Shown: piece after piece, positions 1 through 7,874 of the stretch
How the letters are laid out: every line of letters begins with the position of its first letter
Position numbering within the stretch: position 1 is the first letter of the stretch
Program-made: the position numbers and the translations under genes
Notes under the pieces: model-generated
Told to the model about the DNA's origin: nothing
The model's input: only the letters and a program-made list of their open reading frames with translations
The model's database searches: none
Source of the DNA: an uncultured bacterium
GTDB taxonomy: Bacteria > Patescibacteriota > Gracilibacteria > UBA1369 > PNNO01
Direction of reading: 5' to 3'
DNA: 32,000 bases
Assembly: GCA_963704705.1 (NCBI GenBank)
Contig: OY969931.1
Span: 180,001-212,000, forward strand

Positions 1-77
1 GCTGATTTATATGTTTTTAATAAACGATCAAATTCTTTTTGTTCTTCTTCATTTAATCTGGCATTTTGATTATTCAT
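1..77 (-). CDS. partial CDS, N-terminus of hypothetical protein (MNNQNARLNEEEQKEFDRLLKTYKSA...) running off the window
   Basis: ATG at 75-77 on the minus strand, open to the window edge, host-like codon usage. Confidence 0.45.
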   Translation of the reverse strand, partial: MNNQNARLNEEEQKEFDRLLKTYKS

Positions 78-140
78 TTTTATTTTATTAATTATCTATA
101 TTAATTATACAACAAATAGTTCAATTGGTCAAAAAAATGA

Positions 141-168
141 TTGACAAATTTTTGCTTATGAATATACT
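141..168 (+). promoter_or_regulatory. sigma70-like promoter TTGACA-N16-TATACT
   Basis: ttgaca 141-146, tatact 163-168, upstream of the ORF at 204. Confidence 0.6.
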
Positions 169-203
169 CTTATCTTGGCTTTTTACTCTTAACAAAATAA
201 AAA

Positions 204-464
204 ATGGCTAGTCGCGATCATAACGCTGAGCACTTTGAACAATGGATTGTTGATACCATTGCAGATCAAGGTCTCATTGAATCACAAGATAAACATGAAA
301 TTGAAGTTCCATGTCCATGTTGTAAAACAGGTCTTGTTAGATTGGAAATCAACGGTAAATTAAGTCAGGTCATGGCTAAATGTTCTAATCATGACGAGGG
401 AAAATGCGGAAGCCATAAAGTTATCATGCCTTATAAAAACCGCAGACAAAGTGCAGTTAGTTGA
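204..464 (+). CDS. small hypothetical protein with Cys-rich zinc-ribbon-like motif (CPCC...CSNHDEGKC)
   Basis: 86-aa ORF with CxCC and CxxHx5C metal-ligand pattern and an upstream promoter. Confidence 0.6.
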   Translation: MASRDHNAEHFEQWIVDTIADQGLIESQDKHEIEVPCPCCKTGLVRLEINGKLSQVMAKCSNHDEGKCGSHKVIMPYKNRRQSAVS

Positions 465-489
465 TAACAAAGTTTAATCGTGGTATAAT
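461..489 (+). promoter_or_regulatory. extended -10 promoter TTGATA-N17-TATAAT (TGG before TATAAT) upstream of rnj
   Basis: ttgata 461-466, tataat 484-489. Confidence 0.65.
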
Positions 490-536
490 GTAAGTGAATT
501 CGACTAGGACAAAATTGAATTTGAGTAACAAAATTT

Positions 537-2360
537 ATGAACAATCAGTTAGACCGCTGGATAGAAGAGAAACTTCAACATACAGCGAATCCGCAAAAAA
601 TTAAAACCCCCACGCTGCAGCGTCAGCGGAAGCGGCAATCTTTTAGAAAACGAAAATCTCACCATCAAAACAAGCAAAACAAGGGTGAATTTGTTAATAA
701 AGTACGTATTTTGCCATTGGGCGGGCTTGATGAAGTCGGCAAAAACATGATGGCAATTGAATATGGCCGCGATATCATAATAATAGATATGGGATTCCAG
801 TTTCCTGATGAGGATATGCTTGGAATCGACTACGTTATTCCTGATATTTCATGGCTAAAAGAGCGCAAAAACCGCATTCGCGGTATTATTCTGACTCATG
901 GCCATTTGGATCACATCGGAGGAATACCGTACATTTTACCTGAACTTGGATTTCCGCAGCTTTACGGCACTAAACTTACCTTAGGCTTAGTCGAAAAACG
1001 TGTCGAGGAGTTTGGAATCAAAAAAGAATCGGTATTAAATGTTTTTAATCCTGACGACACTCTTAAATTAGGCGCTTTTAAATGCCGATTTTTTAGAGTT
1101 AATCATTCGATTCCCGATGGTGTAGGCGTTATCGTTGAAACACCTGAAGGTAATATTGTGCATACAGGAGACTTTAAGTTTGATGCAAGCCCGGCTGATC
1201 AAATTCAGGCGGATTATGATAAATTAAGCGAACTCGGTAAAAAGAGAAATGCCACAATCCTATTTTCTGACAGCACAAACGCATTAAAAGAGGGCCATAC
1301 CATATCAGAAGAAGCAATTGGTGAAACCCTTGATACTTTGATTGGTGAAACTGATGGCAGAATTATTATTGCATCATTTTCGTCTTTAATAGGCAGAATC
1401 CAGCAAATTTTAAATTCAGCTCAAAAGTACAAAAAACAGGTTTTTGTAAGTGGACGAAGCTTGATTGATAATATTGGAATTGCAGAACGGCTCGGATATA
1501 TAAAAGTTCCCAAAGGGCTTATACATGATGTTCGAAAAGCTCAAAAAGTTCCCGGCAAAAACGCTCTTATTTTAACAACAGGAAGCCAGGGTGAAGCTGT
1601 TTCAGCATTAACAAGAATTTCGCTTAATGATCACAAGCATATAAAAATTAAAAAAGGCGATACTGTAATTATTTCAGCAACACCAATTATAGGTAATGAA
1701 CGTGCTATCTACACCGTAATTGATAATTTAACAAAACTTGGTGCCAGAGTGATCGATAATAAGATTATGGATGTTCACACTTCGGGCCATGGATGTCAGG
1801 AAGATTTGAAAATGATGATAAACATGGTTAAGCCAAAGTATTTCGCTCCTATCCATGGGTTTTTCCATATGCGTTCACGACACAGAGAGCTTGCCTTAGA
1901 AGAGGGAATTCATGAACAAAACACAATTATGGCTAATAACGGCGATATTATCGAACTTAAAAAAGGGCAGGTAACCATGAGTAAAGAAAAAATTGATACA
2001 AATTATATTCTTGTTGATGGTCTTGGAATGGGTGATCTTGGTTCACGTGTACTTGTTGAACGTCAGATGATGGCGGAAAACGGCTGTATTGTAGTAAACA
2101 TGAAAGTCAGAAAAAACAATAAAAGGCTGGTAAATAGCCCTGAGCTTATTACCCGCGGATTTATTTATCAAACTGAATCTGAAAAAGTTTTACAGGATTT
2201 AAAAGCTGATATTAAAAAGAAATATGACAAATTTTTAAGTAAACATGCGAATCCGGGCCATCAAAACATTCAACAATTTATAGCTTCGGTTATTGATAAA
2301 TTCACACACAGGGTACTTGAAAGAAGGCCGCTTATTATTGTTAACGTTCTGGAACAATAG
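537..2360 (+). CDS. rnj: ribonuclease J (metallo-beta-lactamase/beta-CASP family)
   Basis: 607 aa with LPLGGLDEVGKNM, HGHLDHIGG, NHSIPDG and TGDFKFD motifs typical of RNase J. Confidence 0.95.
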   Translation: MNNQLDRWIEEKLQHTANPQKIKTPTLQRQRKRQSFRKRKSHHQNKQNKGEFVNKVRILPLGGLDEVGKNMMAIEYGRDIIIIDMGFQFPDEDMLGIDYVIPDISWLKERKNRIRGIILTHGHLDHIGGIPYILPELGFPQLYGTKLTLGLVEKRVEEFGIKKESVLNVFNPDDTLKLGAFKCRFFRVNHSIPDGVGVIVETPEGNIVHTGDFKFDASPADQIQADYDKLSELGKKRNATILFSDSTNALKEGHTISEEAIGETLDTLIGETDGRIIIASFSSLIGRIQQILNSAQKYKKQVFVSGRSLIDNIGIAERLGYIKVPKGLIHDVRKAQKVPGKNALILTTGSQGEAVSALTRISLNDHKHIKIKKGDTVIISATPIIGNERAIYTVIDNLTKLGARVIDNKIMDVHTSGHGCQEDLKMMINMVKPKYFAPIHGFFHMRSRHRELALEEGIHEQNTIMANNGDIIELKKGQVTMSKEKIDTNYILVDGLGMGDLGSRVLVERQMMAENGCIVVNMKVRKNNKRLVNSPELITRGFIYQTESEKVLQDLKADIKKKYDKFLSKHANPGHQNIQQFIASVIDKFTHRVLERRPLIIVNVLEQ

Positions 2361-2589
2361 GGAATTTTACTTTATGTCCAGCTTCCTTAAGTTTTGTTAG
2401 TACTTGTTTTGCTAAATCGCTTAGAGGTCTTTCCGGCCTTGCTTCCATAATCACTCTGTGTACACCATTTACTATACTTTGGCGTATTTCAAGCGGCTCA
2501 ATATGATTTAATATTCCAAGTACTTCTTCTCGCGAAACCCTTTCATTAAAAGTAATATCAATTAATCGGGGTTGATTTGGTATTCTCAT
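2341..2589 (-). CDS. small hypothetical protein
   Basis: 82-aa ORF convergent with and overlapping the rnj 3' end by 20 bp; plausible codon usage. Confidence 0.5.
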   Translation of the reverse strand: MRIPNQPRLIDITFNERVSREEVLGILNHIEPLEIRQSIVNGVHRVIMEARPERPLSDLAKQVLTKLKEAGHKVKFPIVPER

Positions 2590-2725
2590 AATATAGTAAA
2601 TATTAATGACAAGAGTTGATTCTAAAACATTTATTATAATTTGTCAATAGTAGAATTTTATTTAAAAACGTTAGTTTTCCCCGGGGAATTTTTACTATTT
2701 TCATTTTTAAGCGGTCTGTATAAAA

Positions 2726-2751
2726 AAAGCCAACCTTTTAAGGATGGCTTT
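2726..2751 (-). terminator. Rho-independent terminator (AGCCAtCCTT..AAGGtTGGCT followed by T7)
   Basis: hairpin with one A/A mismatch; on the minus strand followed by a T-run (2722-2728). Confidence 0.75.
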
Positions 2752-2790
2752 AAGCAGCAAGTTGCTGGACTTAACACTTAAATTATACAC

Positions 2791-2881
2791 CTAATACACT
2801 CATGGAGGCAAGGAGAGTCGAACTCCTGTTGTGAGGTTGTTAAGTCCTGCAACGCGACCTGCTGCCCCCTGAGTGTATTAG
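2791..2881. repeat. perfect 12-bp inverted repeat CTAATACACTCA/TGAGTGTATTAG flanking the tRNA-like element
   Basis: 2791-2802 and 2870-2881 are exact reverse complements. Confidence 0.9.
2803..2869 (-). ncRNA. tRNA-like RNA element (7-bp acceptor-like stem GGGGGCA/TGCCTCC, T-arm AGGAG-TTCGACT-CTCCT, shrunken core)
   Basis: acceptor-like stem with one G-T wobble and perfect T-arm; only 67 nt with no standard 5+7+5 anticodon arm; enclosed by a perfect 12-bp inverted repeat. Confidence 0.6.
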
Positions 2882-3009
2882 TGAAAGAATTATAATAATT
2901 AATTATTAAATTTTGATTAAAAAAATCTAAAAAATTTATTTATTGGGGGATTTCCGCTCCGCTCGGCTTTCGGCCTCACTCCAAAGACCTCCGCTATCGC
3001 TGCGGTCTA

Positions 3010-3096
3010 TGGTGGGCAGGGAGAGATTTGAACTCCCGTAGACACAAGGTCGTCAGATTTACAGTCTGATGCGATTGACCGCTCCGCCACCTGCCC
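3010..3096 (-). tRNA. tRNA-Tyr (GTA)
   Basis: acceptor GGGCAGG/CCTGCCC, anticodon loop CTGTAAA, variable arm, encoded CCA. Confidence 0.95.
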
Positions 3097-3138
3097 ATGT
3101 TAATATCTAATTAGCAATTAGTAATTAGTAATTGAAGG

Positions 3139-3214
3139 TGGAGCCACCTGTCGGGATCGAACCGACGACCCACAGTTTACAAGACTGTTGCTCTACCAAC
3201 TGAGCTAAGGTGGC
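3139..3214 (-). tRNA. tRNA-Thr (TGT)
   Basis: cloverleaf with acceptor GCCACCT/AGGTGGC, loop CTTGTAA, encoded CCA. Confidence 0.95.
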
Positions 3215-3282
3215 TTATTATGGTGTTAAAGATCACAAAAGATGATATTGTAAAAAAAACGTAATGTCAATAAAATTAAAAC

Positions 3283-4161
3283 ATGGATGAATTAAATATT
3301 AAACAGAATGAGCCTTTGGCTTCATATACCGCATATAAAATAGGCGGACCCGCTGATTTTTTCGCTGAAGCAACCCAACCTGAACAAATTCCAAAATTAA
3401 TCGAATATGCAAAAAATAAAAATGTACCTTTTTTTATGCTTGGAGGAGGATGCAATACGGTTTTCTCAGATAAAGGATTTAGAGGTCTTATAATTCACAA
3501 TAAAGCCAATAAAATTGAAGTGCATGGCAGTAGAGTAATTGCCGAATCAGGGGCAATGCTGGCAATGGTTATAGCAGAGGCCAGAAAGCATGAATTGGGC
3601 GGAATTATTAAGCTCGTAGGGCTTCCAGGCACTATTGGAGGCGCAATTTACGGTAATGCAGGCGCTCAGGGTGTAGAAATAGGGGATTTTGTTGAATCTG
3701 TTGAGATATACAGGCTTGGCCAGGGAATTATTGAAGAACACAAAGAGTATTTTCAATTTTCATATCGAACTTCTATTTTGAAAAAAACACACGAAATAGT
3801 ATTAAAAGTTACATTGGAATTGCCTAATCTTGATCCTGAAGATGTTGCAACCGAAGTTTTATTGTTTCGGGCACAAAAACAACCAAAGGGTAAAGTGGCT
3901 GGTTCTTTTTTTAAAAATCCAACTTCTACCGAATCTGCGGGTTATTTAATTGATAAAGCAGGGCTTAAAGGTACAAAAATAGGAGATATTGAAGTTTCGC
4001 AGCAACATGGTAATTGGCTTATGAATGTTGGTAATGCAACGCAAGAAGATGTTATTGAAGTTGCCAAAAAGCTCAAGCAAGAGGTAAAAAATAAGTTTGG
4101 GGCTGAGCTTGAACCTGAAAATATACTTATAGATGAGTTTGGTAATAAAATTGACATATAG
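3283..4161 (+). CDS. murB: UDP-N-acetylenolpyruvoylglucosamine reductase
   Basis: 292 aa with YKIGGPADFF, GLPGTIGGAIYGNAGAQG and GSFFKNP motifs. Confidence 0.95.
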   Translation: MDELNIKQNEPLASYTAYKIGGPADFFAEATQPEQIPKLIEYAKNKNVPFFMLGGGCNTVFSDKGFRGLIIHNKANKIEVHGSRVIAESGAMLAMVIAEARKHELGGIIKLVGLPGTIGGAIYGNAGAQGVEIGDFVESVEIYRLGQGIIEEHKEYFQFSYRTSILKKTHEIVLKVTLELPNLDPEDVATEVLLFRAQKQPKGKVAGSFFKNPTSTESAGYLIDKAGLKGTKIGDIEVSQQHGNWLMNVGNATQEDVIEVAKKLKQEVKNKFGAELEPENILIDEFGNKIDI

Positions 4162-4266
4162 TTTTATTCTTTGACAAGGGTATTGATTTTTTGTCAAATA
4201 TTTGCTAAAATAAAGTGAAAGCTTAAATAAAAATAGTTTTCAATAAAACTTTATAACCCAAACAAA

Positions 4267-4674
4267 ATGACTAAAACCGCTCTAAAAAAGGGTCTAAAAC
4301 AGGGACTAATCGTTCTGGGCCTTACAACAGTGCTTCTGACTATCTTTTCAGCACTTGGAGGAGTGGCATCAGCGCAGTTGATACAGCAAGGTGATGTACC
4401 TTCAAGTATTGCACAGGCGACTGGCGGGGAAGGATCAATCAGAAATTTAATTCTGAACATTGTTAATTTCTTCCTATTATTCCTAGGTTTGATTGCTGTA
4501 ATCATGATTATCTACGGTGGTATTACTTATGTAACTGCTGGAGGCAATCAAGAACATGTAGAAAAAGCCAAGAAAATCATCATGTACGCAATCATAGGTA
4601 TCGTTATCGTTTTGATCTCATTCGCACTTGTAAGAACAGTTATCTCAGGTGCTGGACAGGGAGCAGAATTATAA
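4267..4674 (+). CDS. small membrane protein, signal peptide plus two TM segments (pilin/TrbC-VirB2-like topology)
   Basis: 135 aa with hydrophobic segments FFLLFLGLIAVIMIIYGGITYVTAGG and IIMYAIIGIVIVLISFALV. Confidence 0.7.
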   Translation: MTKTALKKGLKQGLIVLGLTTVLLTIFSALGGVASAQLIQQGDVPSSIAQATGGEGSIRNLILNIVNFFLLFLGLIAVIMIIYGGITYVTAGGNQEHVEKAKKIIMYAIIGIVIVLISFALVRTVISGAGQGAEL

Positions 4675-4773
4675 AAAGACCAGAGGCGAGCTACAAGCGA
4701 GTCTCTCGCGAGCGAAAACTTATCGCGAGCGTAGTGAACTCCTTATTGAAAAGAAATTGTAAAACAATTAATT

Positions 4774-4806
4774 AGCTCCGGCTTTACTTTCAAAAAAGCC
4801 GGGGCT
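4774..4806. terminator. bidirectional intrinsic terminator (AGCTCCGGCTTT ... AAAGCCGGGGCT)
   Basis: 12-bp stem with one T/G wobble followed by T-rich tract, lying between convergent genes. Confidence 0.8.
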
Positions 4807-4810
4807 TTAT

Positions 4811-5335
4811 TTATGCAACATCAGCGTATAACTTAGTTACCCTTTCTTCATCTTCAATATAGGTTTTAGCCCATTTGTTTTTCACAACAATTAATCCTTT
4901 TTTTATTTCAACTATATCTCTAGCCGGGATTAGTCGTTCGCTACCTTTGAACAAACCCAAAAACGATTTATAAACCACAATTTTGGTTAATCCAAAACCT
5001 TTTACATCAATATAATAATCCTGAACATGACCCAGATAGTCGCCTTTTTGGGTTTCAACCCTATTTTTTAAAATTCTGATATCTCCTTTAATTATTTCAT
5101 CCACTTTTATGACTTCCTGAGCGTCAATAATATCTTCGTGGTCGCTAATTGTTATTGCCTGTCCAAAAAATATAATATCCATTGGTGTAATAATTTTTAA
5201 TTTTCCGTTATTAACAAAAAAAGCAGCTACTTTGCCGTCCCTATAATCAATAATAACATCTGTTATGCGCCCTACTTTACCAATCCCCTCAACAACAATC
5301 GGCATTCCTATAATTAAACTGTATGATTTTTCCAT
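4811..5335 (-). CDS. PRC-barrel domain protein
   Basis: 174 aa; KVAAFFVNNGKLKIITPMDI and DYIIDVKGFGLTKIVVYK-type PRC-barrel repeats. Confidence 0.6.
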   Translation of the reverse strand: MEKSYSLIIGMPIVVEGIGKVGRITDVIIDYRDGKVAAFFVNNGKLKIITPMDIIFFGQAITISDHEDIIDAQEVIKVDEIIKGDIRILKNRVETQKGDYLGHVQDYYIDVKGFGLTKIVVYKSFLGLFKGSERLIPARDIVEIKKGLIVVKNKWAKTYIEDEERVTKLYADVA

Positions 5336-5420
5336 ATTTCCATTCTAAAGCAAAAATTCTTTGACTTCAAAAGGGAAATTTCATATAGTTAGAAGGCTTT
5401 AAAAATATAAACAATATTTC

Positions 5421-5498
5421 GGGGCATAGCGTAGTCCGGTTAGCGCGCTCGGTTTGGGACCGAGAGGTCGCAGGTTCAAATCCTGCTGCCCCGACCAT
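5421..5498 (+). tRNA. tRNA-Pro (TGG)
   Basis: cloverleaf CGGGGCA/TGCCCCG, anticodon arm CTCGG-TTTGGGA-CCGAG, encoded CCA. Confidence 0.95.
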
Positions 5499-5527
5499 TA
5501 GTCATTATTATTTTTAAATATATATAA

Positions 5528-6094
5528 ATGTCAAAATTTAATATTGAAAAGAGGGAAACAGCAGAATTGCCACATATCAGCCTCAAAGATACTGTAGAAG
5601 TTAAAAGGCCGACTGTTGGCACAGCAGAATTACCTGCAATACCTGAGAGATTAATTACAGGCGATGTAGCTGAACAGGCAGCTTTAGTTCTTGAGGAGGT
5701 TTTGAATTTAGGCGAAACAGGAGATTTTGAGGAGGAACAGGATAAAGATAGAGAAATGGCTTTAAGAAGACGCATAGTTGTTCAACTTGAAAAAATATTG
5801 GAATTTTTAAACAAAATTTGGAATCTGTATAGACATAGTGTTCCTACTTTGCATGAACAATTATCTCTATTTTACAACAGTATAAATGCAAATATCCAAC
5901 GACTTGAAAATAGTGAAATTTCTTCAAAGGATGCAATAGTAACTGTTTATAGAATTCTTTTACCTTTAATTAGTAAGTTACCTATGCAATTTACTAAAGC
6001 TCAGGATGAAAATTTTAAATTTGAAGAAGTTATTGATGAAATAAGAGAGTGCTTGGCAACTTTAGCACGTATGATAAAAAATAAATCCGAATAA
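5528..6094 (+). CDS. hypothetical protein
   Basis: 188-aa ORF with host-like codon usage, ATG just after tRNA-Pro. Confidence 0.65.
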   Translation: MSKFNIEKRETAELPHISLKDTVEVKRPTVGTAELPAIPERLITGDVAEQAALVLEEVLNLGETGDFEEEQDKDREMALRRRIVVQLEKILEFLNKIWNLYRHSVPTLHEQLSLFYNSINANIQRLENSEISSKDAIVTVYRILLPLISKLPMQFTKAQDENFKFEEVIDEIRECLATLARMIKNKSE

Positions 6095-6106
6095 ATATAT
6101 TAAAAA

Positions 6107-6133
6107 TGCTAGCTGACGGGAAAGATGCTAGCA
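6107..6133 (-). terminator. stem-loop TGCTAGC-N13-GCTAGCA followed by T5 on the minus strand; unit 1 of a conserved hairpin family
   Basis: perfect 7-bp stem; loop ATCTTTCCCGTCA (minus strand). Confidence 0.7.
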
Positions 6134-6161
6134 ACCTGTAGGAGCTTGGAAGATGGATGAG

Positions 6162-6389
6162 TTACTTGTGGAGTCTGGCGTAGGCTTGCTGCTTAGACCT
6201 GGGGCTTTTGGCCTTAGCAGTGAAAGGTTTTGGTCTTCGGCACTCTGTGAAAGACCTGGGACGCCCGACAAGTCCAAGTGCCAGAAGGATCCCAATCATC
6301 ATGAGGTGTCCAATGACCACGTTCCTCACAATGTTTTTCTGAGCGCCCTCCATGGCTTCGAAGATGCTACCCATAATAACTTCGTGCAT
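6162..6389 (-). CDS. small predicted membrane protein, GC-rich, foreign-looking
   Basis: 75-aa ORF with hydrophobic segment VVIGHLMMIGILLALGLVG; consensus promoter and structured leader upstream. Confidence 0.4.
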   Translation of the reverse strand: MHEVIMGSIFEAMEGAQKNIVRNVVIGHLMMIGILLALGLVGRPRSFTECRRPKPFTAKAKSPRSKQQAYARLHK

Positions 6390-6557
6390 ACAACACTCTT
6401 CTTTCTCCCTGTGGTTGTTTGTTGGTCACAGGGGAGCATCCTGTAAATATTTGCAAGATGGTTCCCTGCGAACAATTTCTTTTCTCGACAGCTAGTTGTG
6501 AATGGTCGAGAGCAGATGAGCATTAATTGCCATTTACTCTATTCGAAACCAACACCC

Positions 6558-6585
6558 ATTATAAGGTGTTGATATAAAATGTCAA
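6558..6585 (-). promoter_or_regulatory. perfect sigma70 consensus TTGACA-N16-TATAAT
   Basis: plus strand attata 6558-6563, tgtcaa 6580-6585, oriented toward the 6389 ORF. Confidence 0.75.
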
Positions 6586-6625
6586 CAGTTTGAAAAAAAT
6601 ATTTTAAATTTAGTTGTTTGAGGGA

Positions 6626-6652
6626 TGTTAGCTGGCGGGAAAGGTGCTAACA
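6626..6652. repeat. stem-loop TGTTAGC-N13-GCTAACA; unit 2 of the conserved hairpin family
   Basis: same 13-nt loop pattern as 6107-6133 with compensatory C-G to T-A change in the stem. Confidence 0.7.
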
Positions 6653-6674
6653 ACCGGAAGGTGGAAGGAAGGAT

Positions 6675-7178
6675 TTAGTAGTTCTGGTTGAACCACATGA
6701 GGGGCTGAGTCGTACTGATGTCGTTGAAGACGGTTTCGCCGTCCTCGGTGACCGAGTAGATGCTGGTGAGCTCCATATAGATCCACGGTCCCGTGATAGG
6801 GAAGTCCATGGTCAGAGCTTCTTCATGTTCGAGCTGGATGCCCGTGCAGTGAACGATCAGCACCCACTCACCGCGATCGTCCTCGTACATGAGGTCGCAA
6901 TTCTCAGGAATCGCCATGTCCACGTCGTCGTCCGCGACCAGGGTGAATCTGAAGATGCTGATATTCGCCGTTTCCGGGCCGATGTTCGTGACCTGGACCG
7001 CGGGCGGGTAGTCGCTGACGCTCCATGAGTCGCCTGGGTAGGTCACCTCCAGGAAGGCGCGCAGCCTGATGGAGTCGTCTCCGACCGGTTCCGCGCTACA
7101 GCCGTTGAGGGCCGATGCGATGAGCGCGACGCTGGTGATGAAGCCGAGGGTGTACATGGTTTTCGTGAAGTTCGTCAT
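6675..7178 (-). CDS. putative secreted lipoprotein, GC-rich
   Basis: 167 aa; N-terminal hydrophobic segment ending in a lipobox-like ALNGC; GGA ribosome-binding-like sequence upstream. Confidence 0.7.
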   Translation of the reverse strand: MTNFTKTMYTLGFITSVALIASALNGCSAEPVGDDSIRLRAFLEVTYPGDSWSVSDYPPAVQVTNIGPETANISIFRFTLVADDDVDMAIPENCDLMYEDDRGEWVLIVHCTGIQLEHEEALTMDFPITGPWIYMELTSIYSVTEDGETVFNDISTTQPLMWFNQNY

Positions 7179-7235
7179 GGTTTCTATCCGTCCTTTCTTT
7201 TTCTCTCAAGTTCTCTTGAGGGGTTGGTTCTTGTA

Positions 7236-7874
7236 CTAAAAGCAGTCAAAGTTGTATTCGGCCGGATCAGGTAGAGCATCTGGATCTCCCTGATATGTGG
7301 CATTGCACATGGGGTACTCGTCTTCGGCGTCAATGTAGCCATCAGCGTCGAAGTCATCAGTTCCGTCGGGTGGGAAGTCACAGCCGAAACTGTTGGGAGT
7401 ACAGGGATTGTATCCCATCATGAACTCCCAGTAGTTGCTGATACCATCGCCGTCAGTGTCCACATCCAGGTTCGCCGAGATAGGATGAATGTCCGGGCCC
7501 AGATCATCGGGGTTGCCGATGATCGTGAAGATCTCGGCTCCGCATTCGCGAAGCGGGATCTTGTTGACCCCACGGCCGTACCAGTAGATGCAGCGTTTCT
7601 GTTCGAGCTGCTGATCCTGTATACACAGGTCACTGGGCTGAAGACCTTCATCAAGGCATCTGGTCATGTTCTGGCTTGCTCTTTCCTGGCAGTAGTACGA
7701 GATCATGATCACCTCACTCCACTTGTAGCGCATTGTTTGCGTACTGAGAGGAGCCTGGCAATCGTCACCAACGCCGCTGCTCACATCATTGCAGCCATTT
7801 GACATGGCCAGGATGATGAGCACCAGAAGTCCGTAGATGGCGATGTTCTCGCTGAGAGTGGTCTTCGTCTGCAT
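7236..7874 (-). CDS. putative lipoprotein with thrombospondin-type-3/EF-like Asp-rich motifs (DVDTDGDGISNYWE, DDFDADGYIDAEDEYP)
   Basis: 212 aa; lipobox-like MSNGC; strong SD GGAGG upstream of ATG. Confidence 0.75.
   Translation of the reverse strand: MQTKTTLSENIAIYGLLVLIILAMSNGCNDVSSGVGDDCQAPLSTQTMRYKWSEVIMISYYCQERASQNMTRCLDEGLQPSDLCIQDQQLEQKRCIYWYGRGVNKIPLRECGAEIFTIIGNPDDLGPDIHPISANLDVDTDGDGISNYWEFMMGYNPCTPNSFGCDFPPDGTDDFDADGYIDAEDEYPMCNATYQGDPDALPDPAEYNFDCF

Noticed and set aside
2750-2881. tmRNA (ssrA), including a possible CTT GCT GCT TAA (LAA-stop) tag end downstream
   Set aside because: Tag-like codons lie outside the tRNA-like domain, preceded in frame by a stop, and the domain order fits neither one-piece nor permuted tmRNA. 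A cmsearch would settle this.
6153-6446. 97-aa plus-strand ORF antisense to the 75-aa island ORF
   Set aside because: Low-complexity basic/His-rich translation and no promoter seen on this strand; the minus strand has a consensus promoter, structured leader and terminator.
7485-7802. 105-aa and other plus-strand ORFs antisense to the lipoprotein genes
   Set aside because: Explained as shadow ORFs in GC-rich coding DNA; the minus-strand ORFs have SD sequences and lipoboxes.
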